Shown here: piece after piece, positions 1-9,444 of the stretch
How the letters are laid out: every line of letters begins with the position of its first letter
Position numbering within the stretch: position 1 is the first letter of the stretch
Origin: an uncultured Acidobacteriota bacterium
GTDB taxonomy: Bacteria > Acidobacteriota > Thermoanaerobaculia > Multivoradales > UBA5704
NCBI GenBank assembly: GCA_963770895.1
Contig: CAVYRF010000002.1
Coordinates: 1,728,001-1,792,000, forward strand
Length of the DNA: 64,000 nt
Reading direction: 5' to 3'
Notes under the pieces: generated by a model
Told to the model about the DNA's origin: nothing
Database searches by the model: none
The model's input: only the letters and a program-made list of their open reading frames with translations
Position numbers and translations under genes: made by a program

Positions 1-2
1 CC

Positions 3-1616
3 GGCTACGTCGGCGGCGGGGTGCTCTCGCTGCTGGCCTCCGGCGCGGCGCTGGCGGTCGCCTGCGCCAACCTGGCCGGCCTGCTGATCACCCGCGGTGC
101 CGGGCGCCGGCGCGAGATCGCGGTGCGGCTCGCCCTCGGCGCCAGCCGCCGGCGGCTGATCCGTATGCTGCTGACCGAAAGCCTGCTGCTGGCCCTTACC
201 GGTGGCGCGGGCGGCCTGCTGATGGCAGTCTGGCTGCGGGACGCGCTGTGGTCGCTGCGGCCGCCCAACTTTCCGCAATCCCTGCCGATCGGCATCGACG
301 GCCGAGTCCTGCTGTACACCCTGACGCTGGCGCTGCTGACCGGCGTGCTCTTCGGCCTGGCGCCGGCGCTGCAGATCTCGCGCCCGGACCTGGCCGAAGC
401 GCTCAAGAACCCATCCGGCCACCCCGTCCGGCGAGGATGGCGCGGCCCGCGGCTGGGCCAGCTGCTGGTGGCGGCGCAGGTGGCGTTCGCGATGCTGCCG
501 CTGTTCGGCGCCGGGCTTTTTCTGCGCAGCTTCGACAGCGCCAGGCGGTTCGACCCCGGATACCAGGTCGATCGGGAGGTCGTGGCAACCTTCGACCTGG
601 GCACCGCCGGGTACTCGCTGGTGCAGGGCGCGATGCTCTATCACCACCTCCCCGACCAGATCCAGGCGCTGCCCGGAGTGGCGGACGCGGCGCTGGCGGA
701 GAGCCTCAATCTCGACCCCGAAAACTTCTTGCGCACCGTCTTTCGCCGCAAGGAGCACGACGCTGCCGACGCCACGCTGGTGAACTCCAACGTGGTGACT
801 CCCTCCTATTTCAAGACGCTCGGCATCCCGTTGCTCGCGGGCCGCGGCTTCACGGATACAGGCGGTTGGGGGGCGCCTCCCGAGGCGGTGGTCAACAGCG
901 CCCTGGCGGAGCGCCTCTGGCCGGGAGATTCGGCCGTCGGCAAGCGGCTCTACCTGTTCCGCTCCGACGAGCCGATGGTGGTCGTGGGCGTCGTGCGCGA
1001 TGCCAAGTACCTGTCGCTGATGGAGGAGCGGCGGCCCTATCTTTACCTGTCGCTGGTGCGGGAGTTCACCACCCCGATCTACGTGCACGTGCGCGTGGCG
1101 CCTCACATCGATCCGGCGGCGGTCCTGGGCGCGGTGCGCAAGACGATCCGCCGCCTGGCGCCGACCGTCGCCATCGGCGATACCCTCACTCTGCGAGAGC
1201 TGTTCGCGCGCAGCCTTTGGGCGCCCCGCCTGGGCGCCGCCGTGCTGGTGAGCTTCGCGATCCTGGTGCTGGTGCTGGTGGCGATCGGGCTCTACGGCGC
1301 GGTGTCCCAAGCGGTCCGCCACCAGCGCCGGGAGCTGGGGATCCGCATGGCAGTGGGCGCCAGCCGGTGGGCAATCCTGAGGTCGGTGCTCACCGCCGGC
1401 CTGGGCCCGGCCACCGCCGGCCTCGCCGTGGGAGCTGCCGGATCGCTCCTGGTCGCCCCGGCGGTGTCGCCGTTCCTGTTCCGCCTGGGCGGCGGCGACG
1501 GGCCGGTGCTCGCCGGCGCCGTCCTGGTGCTGATTGCCGCGGCCTGGATCGCCAGCCTGTCCGCCGCGCACCGCGCCATGGCAATCGACCCCGTCGACGT
1601 GATCAAACAGGAGTAG
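3..1616 (+). CDS. ADOP-type (MacB/FtsX-like) duplicated ABC permease, 5'-truncated by the window edge
   Basis: Frame is open from base 3 (GYVGGGVLSL...). Motifs ACANLAGLL..RRREIAVRLALGA, VVGVVRD, RRELGIRMAVGA and C-terminal IDPVDVIKQE. Colinear with the C-terminal part of 9445..12117. Confidence 0.9.
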   Translation, partial: GYVGGGVLSLLASGAALAVACANLAGLLITRGAGRRREIAVRLALGASRRRLIRMLLTESLLLALTGGAGGLLMAVWLRDALWSLRPPNFPQSLPIGIDGRVLLYTLTLALLTGVLFGLAPALQISRPDLAEALKNPSGHPVRRGWRGPRLGQLLVAAQVAFAMLPLFGAGLFLRSFDSARRFDPGYQVDREVVATFDLGTAGYSLVQGAMLYHHLPDQIQALPGVADAALAESLNLDPENFLRTVFRRKEHDAADATLVNSNVVTPSYFKTLGIPLLAGRGFTDTGGWGAPPEAVVNSALAERLWPGDSAVGKRLYLFRSDEPMVVVGVVRDAKYLSLMEERRPYLYLSLVREFTTPIYVHVRVAPHIDPAAVLGAVRKTIRRLAPTVAIGDTLTLRELFARSLWAPRLGAAVLVSFAILVLVLVAIGLYGAVSQAVRHQRRELGIRMAVGASRWAILRSVLTAGLGPATAGLAVGAAGSLLVAPAVSPFLFRLGGGDGPVLAGAVLVLIAAAWIASLSAAHRAMAIDPVDVIKQE

Positions 1617-1763
1617 CGCGCCGGCACGCCTCTCTGCGTCGGCACCCATCTATCTCAACGCCATGGGTGGCGGGGGGCTGGAGGCGAGCGGCCGAGCGCC
1701 GGCCCGGCGTATGGATGCCGGGCCGGCGGGGCATTGGAGGATCAGCCGGTGCAGGCCGGCCGG

Positions 1764-2336
1764 TCAGCGGCCGACGGGGGCCGCGACCTCGCTCTTGGCG
1801 AAGAGGGCGACCATCTCGCGGTTGAAGGCCGGGATGTCGTCGGGCTTGCGGCTGGTGACCAGGTTGCCGTCGGCCACCACCTCCCTGTCCACCCAGCGGC
1901 CGCCGGCGTTCTTGAGATCGGTCTTGATCGACGGGAACGAGGTGATCTCGCGGCCGCGAACGACGTCGGCTTCGGCCAGCATCCAGGGTCCGTGGCAGAT
2001 CGCCGCGACCGGCTTGCCGGCGTCGAAGAAGCTGCGCACGAAGCGGACCGCCTGCGGCTCCCGGCGCAGGTGATCGGGGTTCATCACTCCGCCAGGCAGC
2101 AGCAGGGCGTCGAATTGGTCGGCCCGCGCTTCGGCGAGCGGCGTGTCGACCTTCACCTCCTTGCCCCAATCGGTCATCTTCCAGCCTTTCACCTTGCCCT
2201 TGGCGGGCGAAACCACCACCGTTTTGGCGCCCGCATCCTCCAGCGCCTGCCGCGGCTCCATCAGCTCCACCTCTTCGAAGCCGTCCGCGACCAGGATCGC
2301 GACCTTCTTGCCTTTGAGATCTTCCTTGCTGGTCAT
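1764..2336 (-). CDS. pfpI: PfpI/DJ-1 family type 1 glutamine amidotransferase-like protein (protease/deglycase)
   Basis: [32 protein letters not shown] nucleophile elbow, [11 protein letters not shown] at 2336 with AAGGAGGT Shine-Dalgarno at 2341-2348. Confidence 0.92.
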   Translation of the reverse strand: MTSKEDLKGKKVAILVADGFEEVELMEPRQALEDAGAKTVVVSPAKGKVKGWKMTDWGKEVKVDTPLAEARADQFDALLLPGGVMNPDHLRREPQAVRFVRSFFDAGKPVAAICHGPWMLAEADVVRGREITSFPSIKTDLKNAGGRWVDREVVADGNLVTSRKPDDIPAFNREMVALFAKSEVAAPVGR

Positions 2337-2476
2337 GCAAACCTCCTTCTGCTGCTGTCCGGCGACGCCCCGTACCCGCTCGTCGAAGCACGATTGCGCA
2401 AGCCCGCGGGCCGGCATCCGTCGCCACCCCCAGCCTGGAGCAACATGGATGCCAGACCGCCTGCAACCCTTTCCCC

Positions 2477-2507
2477 TTGCCGGCGCCGCGGCGGATCAGC
2501 GTATGAT
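2477..2507 (+). promoter_or_regulatory. Possible sigma70 promoter for the SEC-C gene
   Basis: TTGCCG (2477-2482), 19-nt spacer, TATGAT (2502-2507). The spacer is long. Confidence 0.3.
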
Positions 2508-2560
2508 GTGCCGCCTTGGCCGCCGCAAGATCAGGCTGAGGACCAAAAAGGAGGTGCACC

Positions 2561-2812
2561 ATGCCAACCAAGGACGGATTCGACGACCTGCCCCGCTTTT
2601 GAACGGAGCAGCAAACGACGTCAGGGCTTCCCCTCCGAAACCCGCGTCAAACGCGGCCCAAGGACGGTCCACGGGGACAAGGAGCTGCTCGAAAAGCTCG
2701 GCCGCAACGACCCATGCCCCTGCGGCTCCGGCCGCCGCTTTCAAAAACTGCTGTCTGCCCGCCGGCCGCTTTTGAAGGGTCGGAGCGCGGCCACTACCTC
2801 CGCCCACCGTAA
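2561..2812 (+). CDS. Small SEC-C (zinc-binding) motif protein, 82 aa, split into four segments by three +1 shifts (programmed frameshift candidate; otherwise a pseudogene)
   Basis: AAGGAGGT SD (2548-2555) then ATG 2561. Segments [13 protein letters not shown] / [47 protein letters not shown] / [10 protein letters not shown] / [12 protein letters not shown]-stop are joined by +1 shifts at CGC-TTT-Y (2594-2600, 2736-2742, 2767-2773). Confidence 0.7.
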
Positions 2813-2822
2813 CCACTGAACC

Positions 2823-2850
2823 CGGGCCGGCCGCCGTACTGGCCGGCCCG
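2823..2850 (+). terminator. GC-rich hairpin downstream of the SEC-C gene
   Basis: CGGGCCGGCC-8 nt-GGCCGGCCCG, a perfect 10-bp stem starting 10 nt after the TAA at 2812. No U-tract. Confidence 0.45.
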
Positions 2851-3004
2851 ATTCGGCGTCCCGGCGCGTGCCACGAGGCTTAGGATGCGGCGGCGCGGCG
2901 AGGAAACGACCGGCGGCTTTTGCCGGCGGCCCGCTTGCGTTCGGATTGGCGTTATACTTCCGTAAAGCGCTGCATGAAGCTGCGGTGCTTCGCGTGAGGT
3001 TCCA

Positions 3005-3688
3005 GTGAATACAGGGGTCAGGCAGGATGGGCAGGATCTGCGGGCGACGCCGGCGTATACGGTCGCCGAGGCGGCACGCTACCTTTCCATTCCCTATCCG
3101 ACGCTGCGATCTTGGTTTGCCGGGATTGAAGGGCATTTCAAAGCGGTCGTGCGTTGGGAAGTTGCTGAGGACCACCGCCTCTCGTTCTCGAACCTCGTCG
3201 AGGCGCACGTGCTCCGGGCGCTCAGGACCAAATATGGGATCTCGATGTCCAACGTGCGCACGGCGATCCGCTACGTTGAGCAAAGGGAGAACATCGACCG
3301 CCTGCTCCTGCATCCTGGCCTTCGCGCCGGGCTTGGCCGCCTCTTCCTCAAGAAGTACGCCGAGCTGATCGAGCTTGCCCCAAGCACCCAGCACGTCATC
3401 GAGCGGGCTTTTGAACAATATCTGGAAGCTGTCGTGCAGGATCCCGTCGGTGTGCCGGTCAAGCTGCATCCGTGGATACCGGATCCGCAGGTCGGTCCCA
3501 AGAAGAGTATTGTCATCGATCCAAAAGTCTCGTTCGGCCGGCCGGTAACAACGATTCGCGGTATCACGACGGTCGTGCTGGCCGACCAGTTTGACGCCGG
3601 CGCTTCGATCGAAGCGCTCGCGGAAGACTATGGGCTCTCGCAGGCAGCGATCGAGGACGCCCTTGCCTTCGAACGAGCCGCCGCCTGA
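3005..3688 (+). CDS. DUF433-domain antitoxin (VapB45/Rv2018-like) with N-terminal HTH
   Basis: PAYTVAEAARYLSIPYPTLRSW HTH, LSFSNLVEAHVL, C-terminal IVIDPKVSFGRP..GASIEALAEDYGL (DUF433). Overlaps the downstream PIN gene. Confidence 0.85.
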   Translation: MNTGVRQDGQDLRATPAYTVAEAARYLSIPYPTLRSWFAGIEGHFKAVVRWEVAEDHRLSFSNLVEAHVLRALRTKYGISMSNVRTAIRYVEQRENIDRLLLHPGLRAGLGRLFLKKYAELIELAPSTQHVIERAFEQYLEAVVQDPVGVPVKLHPWIPDPQVGPKKSIVIDPKVSFGRPVTTIRGITTVVLADQFDAGASIEALAEDYGLSQAAIEDALAFERAAA

Positions 3689-4094
3689 CCCTGTCTTCTT
3701 TGTAGATCGGGATCTTGGCCGGCGGTTTCCAGCAATCCTTAAGATAGGCGGTCTCTCGGTAGAGATCCACGACGACCACTACCCGGGTGTCGAGAAGCCA
3801 CCCGATCACGTTTGGCTTCAGATGACAGCGGAACGGGGTTGGGTTGCAGTTTCCCACGACGCCAACATCCGCCATACGTCGCGGTCGCGAGACATCATCG
3901 CTGAAGCCCGCGCGCGGCTGATCGTGGTGAAGGGAAAGGCTCGCACCCAGGACCTGGCCCAGAACTTCCTCCGCACCTACGCCGCGATCTCCCGTTTTAT
4001 CGCGCTTCGCAGGGGTCCAAGGATCGCCAAGCTCTACAGGCATGCGGAGGATGCAGCGCGGCCTGGAAGGATTGAGGGGTGGTGGGAGGGCTGA
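3630..4094 (+). CDS. PIN-like toxin (VapC45/Rv2019-like)
   Basis: FFVDRDLG, D-x-x-W, GWVAVSHDANIR motifs. Start is ATG 3630 or TTG 3663. Confidence 0.8.
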   Translation: MGSRRQRSRTPLPSNEPPPDPVFFVDRDLGRRFPAILKIGGLSVEIHDDHYPGVEKPPDHVWLQMTAERGWVAVSHDANIRHTSRSRDIIAEARARLIVVKGKARTQDLAQNFLRTYAAISRFIALRRGPRIAKLYRHAEDAARPGRIEGWWEG

Positions 4095-4211
4095 TGGGTC
4101 GTTCGGGACGGCAGAACGCCCGAGGCAAGCGTTCCGATGTTCCGATCGGCGCCTCTTGGCAACGGATCGACGGGTGGGTTATGATGGCGGCATCATCACG
4201 ATGCTACGAAG

Positions 4212-5357
4212 GTGAATCGCCGCGATGTATTAAGGGTTGGTCTGCTGGTCGGAGGGCAGGCCGCGTTTGCCCCGCTGCTCCGTCTTTGCTCGGCGCAGGT
4301 GCTGCCTGCGGGGCCGGGTCAGATACCGGCTTCTGCCCCGCCGCAGCTGCCGCTGTCCGATCGCGCCGCGGAGATCGTTCACCAGACCACGGTGGTGGAC
4401 ATGTTGAGCCTGCTGACGCTCGACTGGCCGCAGCTGTATGCGTGGGAGCGCGAGCCGCGCCGGCTGGGCATTCCTGAGATCGCACGTCTGCGGGCGTCCG
4501 GGATCCGCGTGTTTCATCCGGCGGTCGACCCCAACTCGCCGGACGCGCGGGGAGCGGCGTTGCGTTGGATGAGCGGCTGGAACCGGCTGATCGAGGGCCA
4601 TCCGCTGACCCTGCGGCGGATCGACGGCGTGGCCGATTTCGGCCGGCTGCAGAGCGAGGACCGGATCGGCCTGTTGCTCGGCTTCCAGAACTCCAACCAC
4701 TTCCATTCGGCCGCCGACGTGGAGGAGTTCTACAACCTGGGACAGCGGGTGTCGCAGCTGACGTACAACGAGCGCAACCGGTTGGGCAGCGGCTGCACCG
4801 ATCCTGACCAGGGCGGGCTGTCGGAGTTTGGCGCCACGATCGTCGCGGCGATGAACCGCCAGGGCATGGCGATCGACATTTCCCACTGCGGCGAGCGCAC
4901 TTCCCTGGACGCCCTGGCGGCATCGACCAAGCCGGTGCTGATCACCCACTCGAACTGTCGCGCCCTGGTGCACCATCCGCGCTGCAAATCGGATGCGGTG
5001 ATTCGCGCCATGGCCGCCAAGGGTGGCGTGATCGGTATCAGCGTGCTGCCGATGATGCTGTCGGTCGGCCGCCCCGCCACCCTGGACGACGTTCTCGACC
5101 AGTTCGACCACGTGGCCGGATTGGTCGGCGTGGAACACGTCGGTCTGGGCAGCGACACCGACGTCGATGCCATCGATCCTCGCACCCACCGCACCCGCTC
5201 GGGCTACGCCGTGCGCGGCCTGAACCACGTCCATCGCGTCTTCGAGCTGGCCGAGGGCCTGCTGCGCCGCGGCTTTGGCGCCGCCGACGTGGCCGGCATC
5301 CTGGGCGGCAACTTTCAGCGCGCCCTGACCGACATCTGGACTCCCACCGCGGCCTAG
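4212..5357 (+). CDS. Membrane (renal) dipeptidase M19-family protein with Tat signal
   Basis: MNRRDVL twin-arginine leader. QLTYNERNRLGSG, GLSEFG, IDISHC, ITHSNCRAL, HVGLGSD, ILGGNF. Confidence 0.85.
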   Translation: MNRRDVLRVGLLVGGQAAFAPLLRLCSAQVLPAGPGQIPASAPPQLPLSDRAAEIVHQTTVVDMLSLLTLDWPQLYAWEREPRRLGIPEIARLRASGIRVFHPAVDPNSPDARGAALRWMSGWNRLIEGHPLTLRRIDGVADFGRLQSEDRIGLLLGFQNSNHFHSAADVEEFYNLGQRVSQLTYNERNRLGSGCTDPDQGGLSEFGATIVAAMNRQGMAIDISHCGERTSLDALAASTKPVLITHSNCRALVHHPRCKSDAVIRAMAAKGGVIGISVLPMMLSVGRPATLDDVLDQFDHVAGLVGVEHVGLGSDTDVDAIDPRTHRTRSGYAVRGLNHVHRVFELAEGLLRRGFGAADVAGILGGNFQRALTDIWTPTAA

Positions 5358-5373
5358 CCTAAGCCTGGCCGAG

Positions 5374-6597
5374 CTAGCGTTTCGCGGCCGGCTGACGACG
5401 GGGCTTGGTGGGCGGGATGCCGGCTTCGCGCAGCACTTCGGCGGTGTGCTGGCCCACGGCGGGTGGCGGCTTCGCGGGGGCTGGCCGCGCGCCGTCGAAC
5501 AGGAAGGGCGCGGCGATGGATTGGAGCGCGCCGTAGATGCCGTCCGGCAGGTCGATGAGCTGGCCGCGGTCGCGCGCCTTGGCGATGGCTTGGGCCATCG
5601 TGGCCGGCGGCCCGGCGGGGACGCGATGGGCGCGCATCGCGGCGTCCCAATGCGCCACCGGCTGGGCGGCGAAGATTGGGGCCAGCCGCGCCTCCAGCGG
5701 CACGCGGTGCGTCACGCGGTCCCGCGCCGTGGCGAAGCGCGGATCGTGCTCCAGGTCGGGGCAGCCGATCGCGGCGCAGAAGCGGCCCCACAGGTCGGGG
5801 CTGCCGACGCCGACCACGAACCAGCCGTCCGCCGCCTGGAACGCCTGGTAGGGCGTGAGGTTGGGGTGTCCCGAACCGAACCGGCCGGGCTGGCGGCCAT
5901 CGGCCAGCCAGGATTGCACCGCATAGGACAGAAACGAAGCGCCGGCGTCGACCAGCGAAACTTCGACGTGCTGTCCCCGTCCCGACGCGTCGCGCTGGCG
6001 CAGGGCGGCGAGCGTCGCGGCGAGGCCGTACAGCGCCGACGCGAGGTCGACGATCGCCACGCCCACGCGGACCGGTTCGCCGCCGGCGAAGCCGGTGAGC
6101 GACATCAACCCCGATTCGGCCTGCAGCACCAGGTCGTAAGCGGGCCGGTCGGCCTCGGGGCCGCTCGAGCCGTAGCTGGTGACCGTGCACTGCACCAGCC
6201 GCGGATGGCGGCGGGTGAAGCGCGCGCTGCGAAATCCCAGGTTTCGCCACTGCGACGGCAGGAAGTTCTCGATCAGGATGTCGGCGCCGGCGAGCAGCCG
6301 CTGCAGCGCCGTCCGCCCCGCCGCCGTCGCCAGGTCCAGCGCCACCGAGCGTTTGTTGCGGTTGGCGGAGACAAAATAGGCGCTGGTGCGGTGCGCCCCG
6401 GTCCCCACCCACGGCGGCCCCCAGGCGCGCGTCTGGTCGCCGTCGCCCGGCCGCTCGATCTTGATCACGTCGGCGCCCAGGTCGCCCAGCATCATCGCCA
6501 GGTACGGCCCGGCCAGCACGCGCGACGCATCCACCACCCGCACGCCGGCAAGCGGCAGGGAGCGACGACCACGACGCTGGCGGCTGCTGGCACCCAC
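5374..6597 (-). CDS. CaiB/BaiF family (class III) CoA-transferase
   Basis: PLAGVRVVDASRVLAGP, LGADVIKIERPG.GD, NRNKRSVALDL, AYDLVLQAESGLM, PPAVGQHT. Confidence 0.92.
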   Translation of the reverse strand: MGASSRQRRGRRSLPLAGVRVVDASRVLAGPYLAMMLGDLGADVIKIERPGDGDQTRAWGPPWVGTGAHRTSAYFVSANRNKRSVALDLATAAGRTALQRLLAGADILIENFLPSQWRNLGFRSARFTRRHPRLVQCTVTSYGSSGPEADRPAYDLVLQAESGLMSLTGFAGGEPVRVGVAIVDLASALYGLAATLAALRQRDASGRGQHVEVSLVDAGASFLSYAVQSWLADGRQPGRFGSGHPNLTPYQAFQAADGWFVVGVGSPDLWGRFCAAIGCPDLEHDPRFATARDRVTHRVPLEARLAPIFAAQPVAHWDAAMRAHRVPAGPPATMAQAIAKARDRGQLIDLPDGIYGALQSIAAPFLFDGARPAPAKPPPAVGQHTAEVLREAGIPPTKPRRQPAAKR

Positions 6598-6797
6598 TGC
6601 GCGGCGATGCTACCAGGCCGCGACGCTCCGCGGGCTGCCGACCCGCGCGCGGAGCGCGCGGACACTGCGGGCCGGCATCCTGAAAGGGTTGCCCACGCCC
6701 TGCCGCGGACCTGTTCCAGATCTCGATGCCGGCAGCGTCGCGGACCGGCAGCTCGCGCTTCTGGCGCAGCGCATCGCGGTAGTGGTCAAGGCTGCCG

Positions 6798-8909
6798 TCA
6801 GTTGGGCGTCAGCGCAAAAAGCCCGCCGCTCCCTTCGACGCCGGCATAGATGGTGGTTCCTGTCAGCGGATTGGCGGCCACGGTGAGGACCGAAGAGGCC
6901 GGCAGACCGATGCCCAGCGGCGCCCAGGTGACACCGCGATCGAGCGAGGCGAAGACTCCTTGGGAGGTCGCGGCGTAGAGTCCGGGCGCGGGCGACCCGG
7001 CGCCCACCGTGAGCGCCCGCGCGGTGCGGGCCGGCAGGCCCGAACCCGGCGCCTGCCAGGTCTGGCCGCCGTCCGCGCTGGCGACGAACGTGCCGTCGAC
7101 CTGGATGCCGTAGAGGCGCTGCGGTTGCACCGGGTCGACGATCAGGTCCAGCAAGGTCTCTGCCGTGGGCAAAAGGCTCCAGGTCCTGCCGCCGTCCACG
7201 GTCTTGATCAGCGTCCCGGCCTCGCCAAGATAGGCGGTCCGCGCGTCGACGGGGTCGATGCGGACGAACCAGCCGGCTGGGCTGGGGATCAGCGTGGTGG
7301 TCAGCGGGATGTCGATGGGCGGGAGGTTTTCGGCGACGCTCCAGCTGGCGCCGCCGTCGGCGCTGATCGCCACCGCGGCCTGGCAATCCTCGGGGCACGG
7401 CAGGCCGCGCGGCTCGACCAGGTAGCCGGCGGCGAAGAGCGTTCGCGGGGCGGTGGGTGCCGCCGCCACGTCGAAGGCGACGATGCCGAGAGTCGTCCGG
7501 GGCTGCCAGGTGGCGCCCACGTTGCTGGTGTGGAAGAGAGCCGTCGAGCCGGACGCCGGGAGGTTGCCGGCGGCCTGAAACACCGGTGCGGCCAGAGCAT
7601 AGGCAGCCCGTGCCGCGGCCGGATCGGCCACCGGCCGCTGCACCGGCGGCAGGCCGCCGACGACCTTCCAGCTGGCGCCGCCGTCCGCACTGACCCGGAA
7701 CGTCGACGTCGGCAGCATCGGGGGCCGCGCCGCCGTCGGGCTGAGCAGTGCGACCGCGTACAGCAGGCCGGTGGTAGACGGATCGAGGGCCAGCGCGGTG
7801 ACCGAGCTGGCGTCAATGCGGTTGCCTTGCGGGCTCCAGCCGCCGCCGGTGAGCGGCCCATGGAAGATGCCGTCCGGCACCGCGGCGGCGTAGGCGCGCT
7901 GCGGGCGCAGAGGATCGCCCAGCAGGGCGGAGAACGGCGAACCGCTGAGCACCAGGTTCCACGTCGCGCCGTCGTCCGTGCTCTTCCACAGACGGCCGCG
8001 TGCGCGATCGGTCGCTGCGTAGAGGGCTCCCGGTGCGTCGAACGCAAAGGTCACGGCAGTGTAGGTGGCGGCCGGCAAGCCGGCGACCCGCGACCAGACG
8101 CCGCCGCCGTTGCGGGTGACGAACAGGGCGACGTCGGTGGCGGCGATGGCGGTGCCCGGCCGCGCCGGGTCCACCGCCAGGCCGAACACCTGCGAGGCGC
8201 CGGGCAGCCCGACCTCCCGCCAGTTCTCGCCGCCGCTGCGGCTGATCAGCGCCACGCCGGCGCTGCCCAGGTAGACATGCTGCGGCGAAAGGGTATCCAC
8301 CGCCAGCACGGATAGCGGGAGCAAGCCGCCGAAGTCCCTTTCCAACGTCCACGTGCTGCCGCCGTCGTCGCTGCGATAGACGGCGTCCGCGTCCGCAACA
8401 TAGAGCGTGTCCGGTGCCGAGGGAGCGACAGCGAAGGCGGTCGGGATGCCCCCGAAGCCCGTCTGGTGCCAGCTGGTGGCGGCATCGTCCGAGCGGAAGA
8501 GGCCGCTTTCGGTGCCGGCATACAGGGTGGAGGCGCCGGCGGCCGGACTGGCCGCCAGGGCTCTGACGTTCACGCCGGCGAGGCCGGCGTTTGCCGGCTG
8601 CCAGGTGGCGCCGCGATCGGAGGTGCGAAACACCCCGCCGTAGGCAGTGCCGGCAAACACGGTGGGCGAGCCGGCCACCGCCGCCAACACCTGAACGTCG
8701 CTGCCGCCCGGCGGAATCGGCACCCAGGCGGCGCTGGCCGTGGCCGCGGCCGCGACTCCAGCCCCAGGCCCAGGCTCAGCCGCCACCCCAGCCGCCAGCG
8801 AAAGGAGAATCCAGAGACCTGGAATGAGGATCGGACGATGAAACAACCGTGCGTTCGACAAACGTTTCCCCCTGCGGCGGACCCACCGCCGTTGGGCGCT
8901 ATCGCCCAT
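6798..8909 (-). CDS. Secreted BNR/Asp-box repeat beta-propeller protein
   Basis: Many S-x-D-x-G-x-T-W Asp-boxes (TSDRGATW, SDDGGSTW, STDDGATW, SADGGASW, TVDGGRTW, SLDRGVTW) and a hydrophobic signal peptide. True start may be slightly downstream. Confidence 0.85.
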   Translation of the reverse strand: MGDSAQRRWVRRRGKRLSNARLFHRPILIPGLWILLSLAAGVAAEPGPGAGVAAAATASAAWVPIPPGGSDVQVLAAVAGSPTVFAGTAYGGVFRTSDRGATWQPANAGLAGVNVRALAASPAAGASTLYAGTESGLFRSDDAATSWHQTGFGGIPTAFAVAPSAPDTLYVADADAVYRSDDGGSTWTLERDFGGLLPLSVLAVDTLSPQHVYLGSAGVALISRSGGENWREVGLPGASQVFGLAVDPARPGTAIAATDVALFVTRNGGGVWSRVAGLPAATYTAVTFAFDAPGALYAATDRARGRLWKSTDDGATWNLVLSGSPFSALLGDPLRPQRAYAAAVPDGIFHGPLTGGGWSPQGNRIDASSVTALALDPSTTGLLYAVALLSPTAARPPMLPTSTFRVSADGGASWKVVGGLPPVQRPVADPAAARAAYALAAPVFQAAGNLPASGSTALFHTSNVGATWQPRTTLGIVAFDVAAAPTAPRTLFAAGYLVEPRGLPCPEDCQAAVAISADGGASWSVAENLPPIDIPLTTTLIPSPAGWFVRIDPVDARTAYLGEAGTLIKTVDGGRTWSLLPTAETLLDLIVDPVQPQRLYGIQVDGTFVASADGGQTWQAPGSGLPARTARALTVGAGSPAPGLYAATSQGVFASLDRGVTWAPLGIGLPASSVLTVAANPLTGTTIYAGVEGSGGLFALTPN

Positions 8910-9036
8910 TCTTAAGCACTGCCATTACATTGATCTACGCGGGGATGGCCTTGGACGTCTAGTACGGGCGCGCCGGCCGGCCGCGGGCTTGGTTGGAGCC
9001 TGGTCGCGTCCCGCACGCCTCGCACGCCGCCGCCGC

Positions 9037-9088
9037 TTGACTGGCGGCAAAAACTGCCTAGACTGCCTATTGGCCTTCGATATTGAAG
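9037..9088 (+). promoter_or_regulatory. padR promoter and candidate PadR operator
   Basis: TTGACT (9037-9042)-16 nt-TAGACT (9059-9064). Near-palindrome CTTCGATATTGAAG (9075-9088). Direct repeat ACTGCCTA x2. Confidence 0.5.
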
Positions 9089-9099
9089 CATTTCGGACC

Positions 9100-9444
9100 A
9101 TGGGAGAGCACATGCAGAAGTCTGCCGAGCTGGTACAGGGAACGCTGGATCTGCTGATCTTGCGGACGTTGGCTCTGGGGCGGCGGCACGGCGTGGGCAT
9201 CGCCGACCGCATCGGACAGGTGACGCGCGGGGTGTTCAACGTCAAGCCCGGCTCGCTGTTCCCGGCACTGCACCGGTTGGCGGCCAAGGGCTGGATCGAA
9301 GGCGAGTGGGGCGAAACCGAAGACGGGCACCGCGCCAAGTTCTACGTCCTGACCAGCTCCGGCCGCCGGCAGCTGGCGATCGAAACGCGCACCTTCCGCA
9401 GGGTCTTCGCCGCCTTGAACCGGGTTGTCGAAGGGGAAACCTGA
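9100..9444 (+). CDS. PadR family transcriptional regulator (acidobacterial type)
   Basis: LVQGTLDLLILRTL..HG.GI..GSLFPALHRL..GWI..EWG..RAKFYVLTSSG. Start is ATG 9100 or 9112. Directly abuts the ADOP permease. Confidence 0.92.
   Translation: MGEHMQKSAELVQGTLDLLILRTLALGRRHGVGIADRIGQVTRGVFNVKPGSLFPALHRLAAKGWIEGEWGETEDGHRAKFYVLTSSGRRQLAIETRTFRRVFAALNRVVEGET

Noticed and set aside
1734-2819. 361-aa + strand ORF containing [11 protein letters not shown]
   Set aside because: Mostly antisense to pfpI. Only 2601-2741 is credible, as one segment of the frameshifted SEC-C gene, and it lacks the final Cys-Cys.
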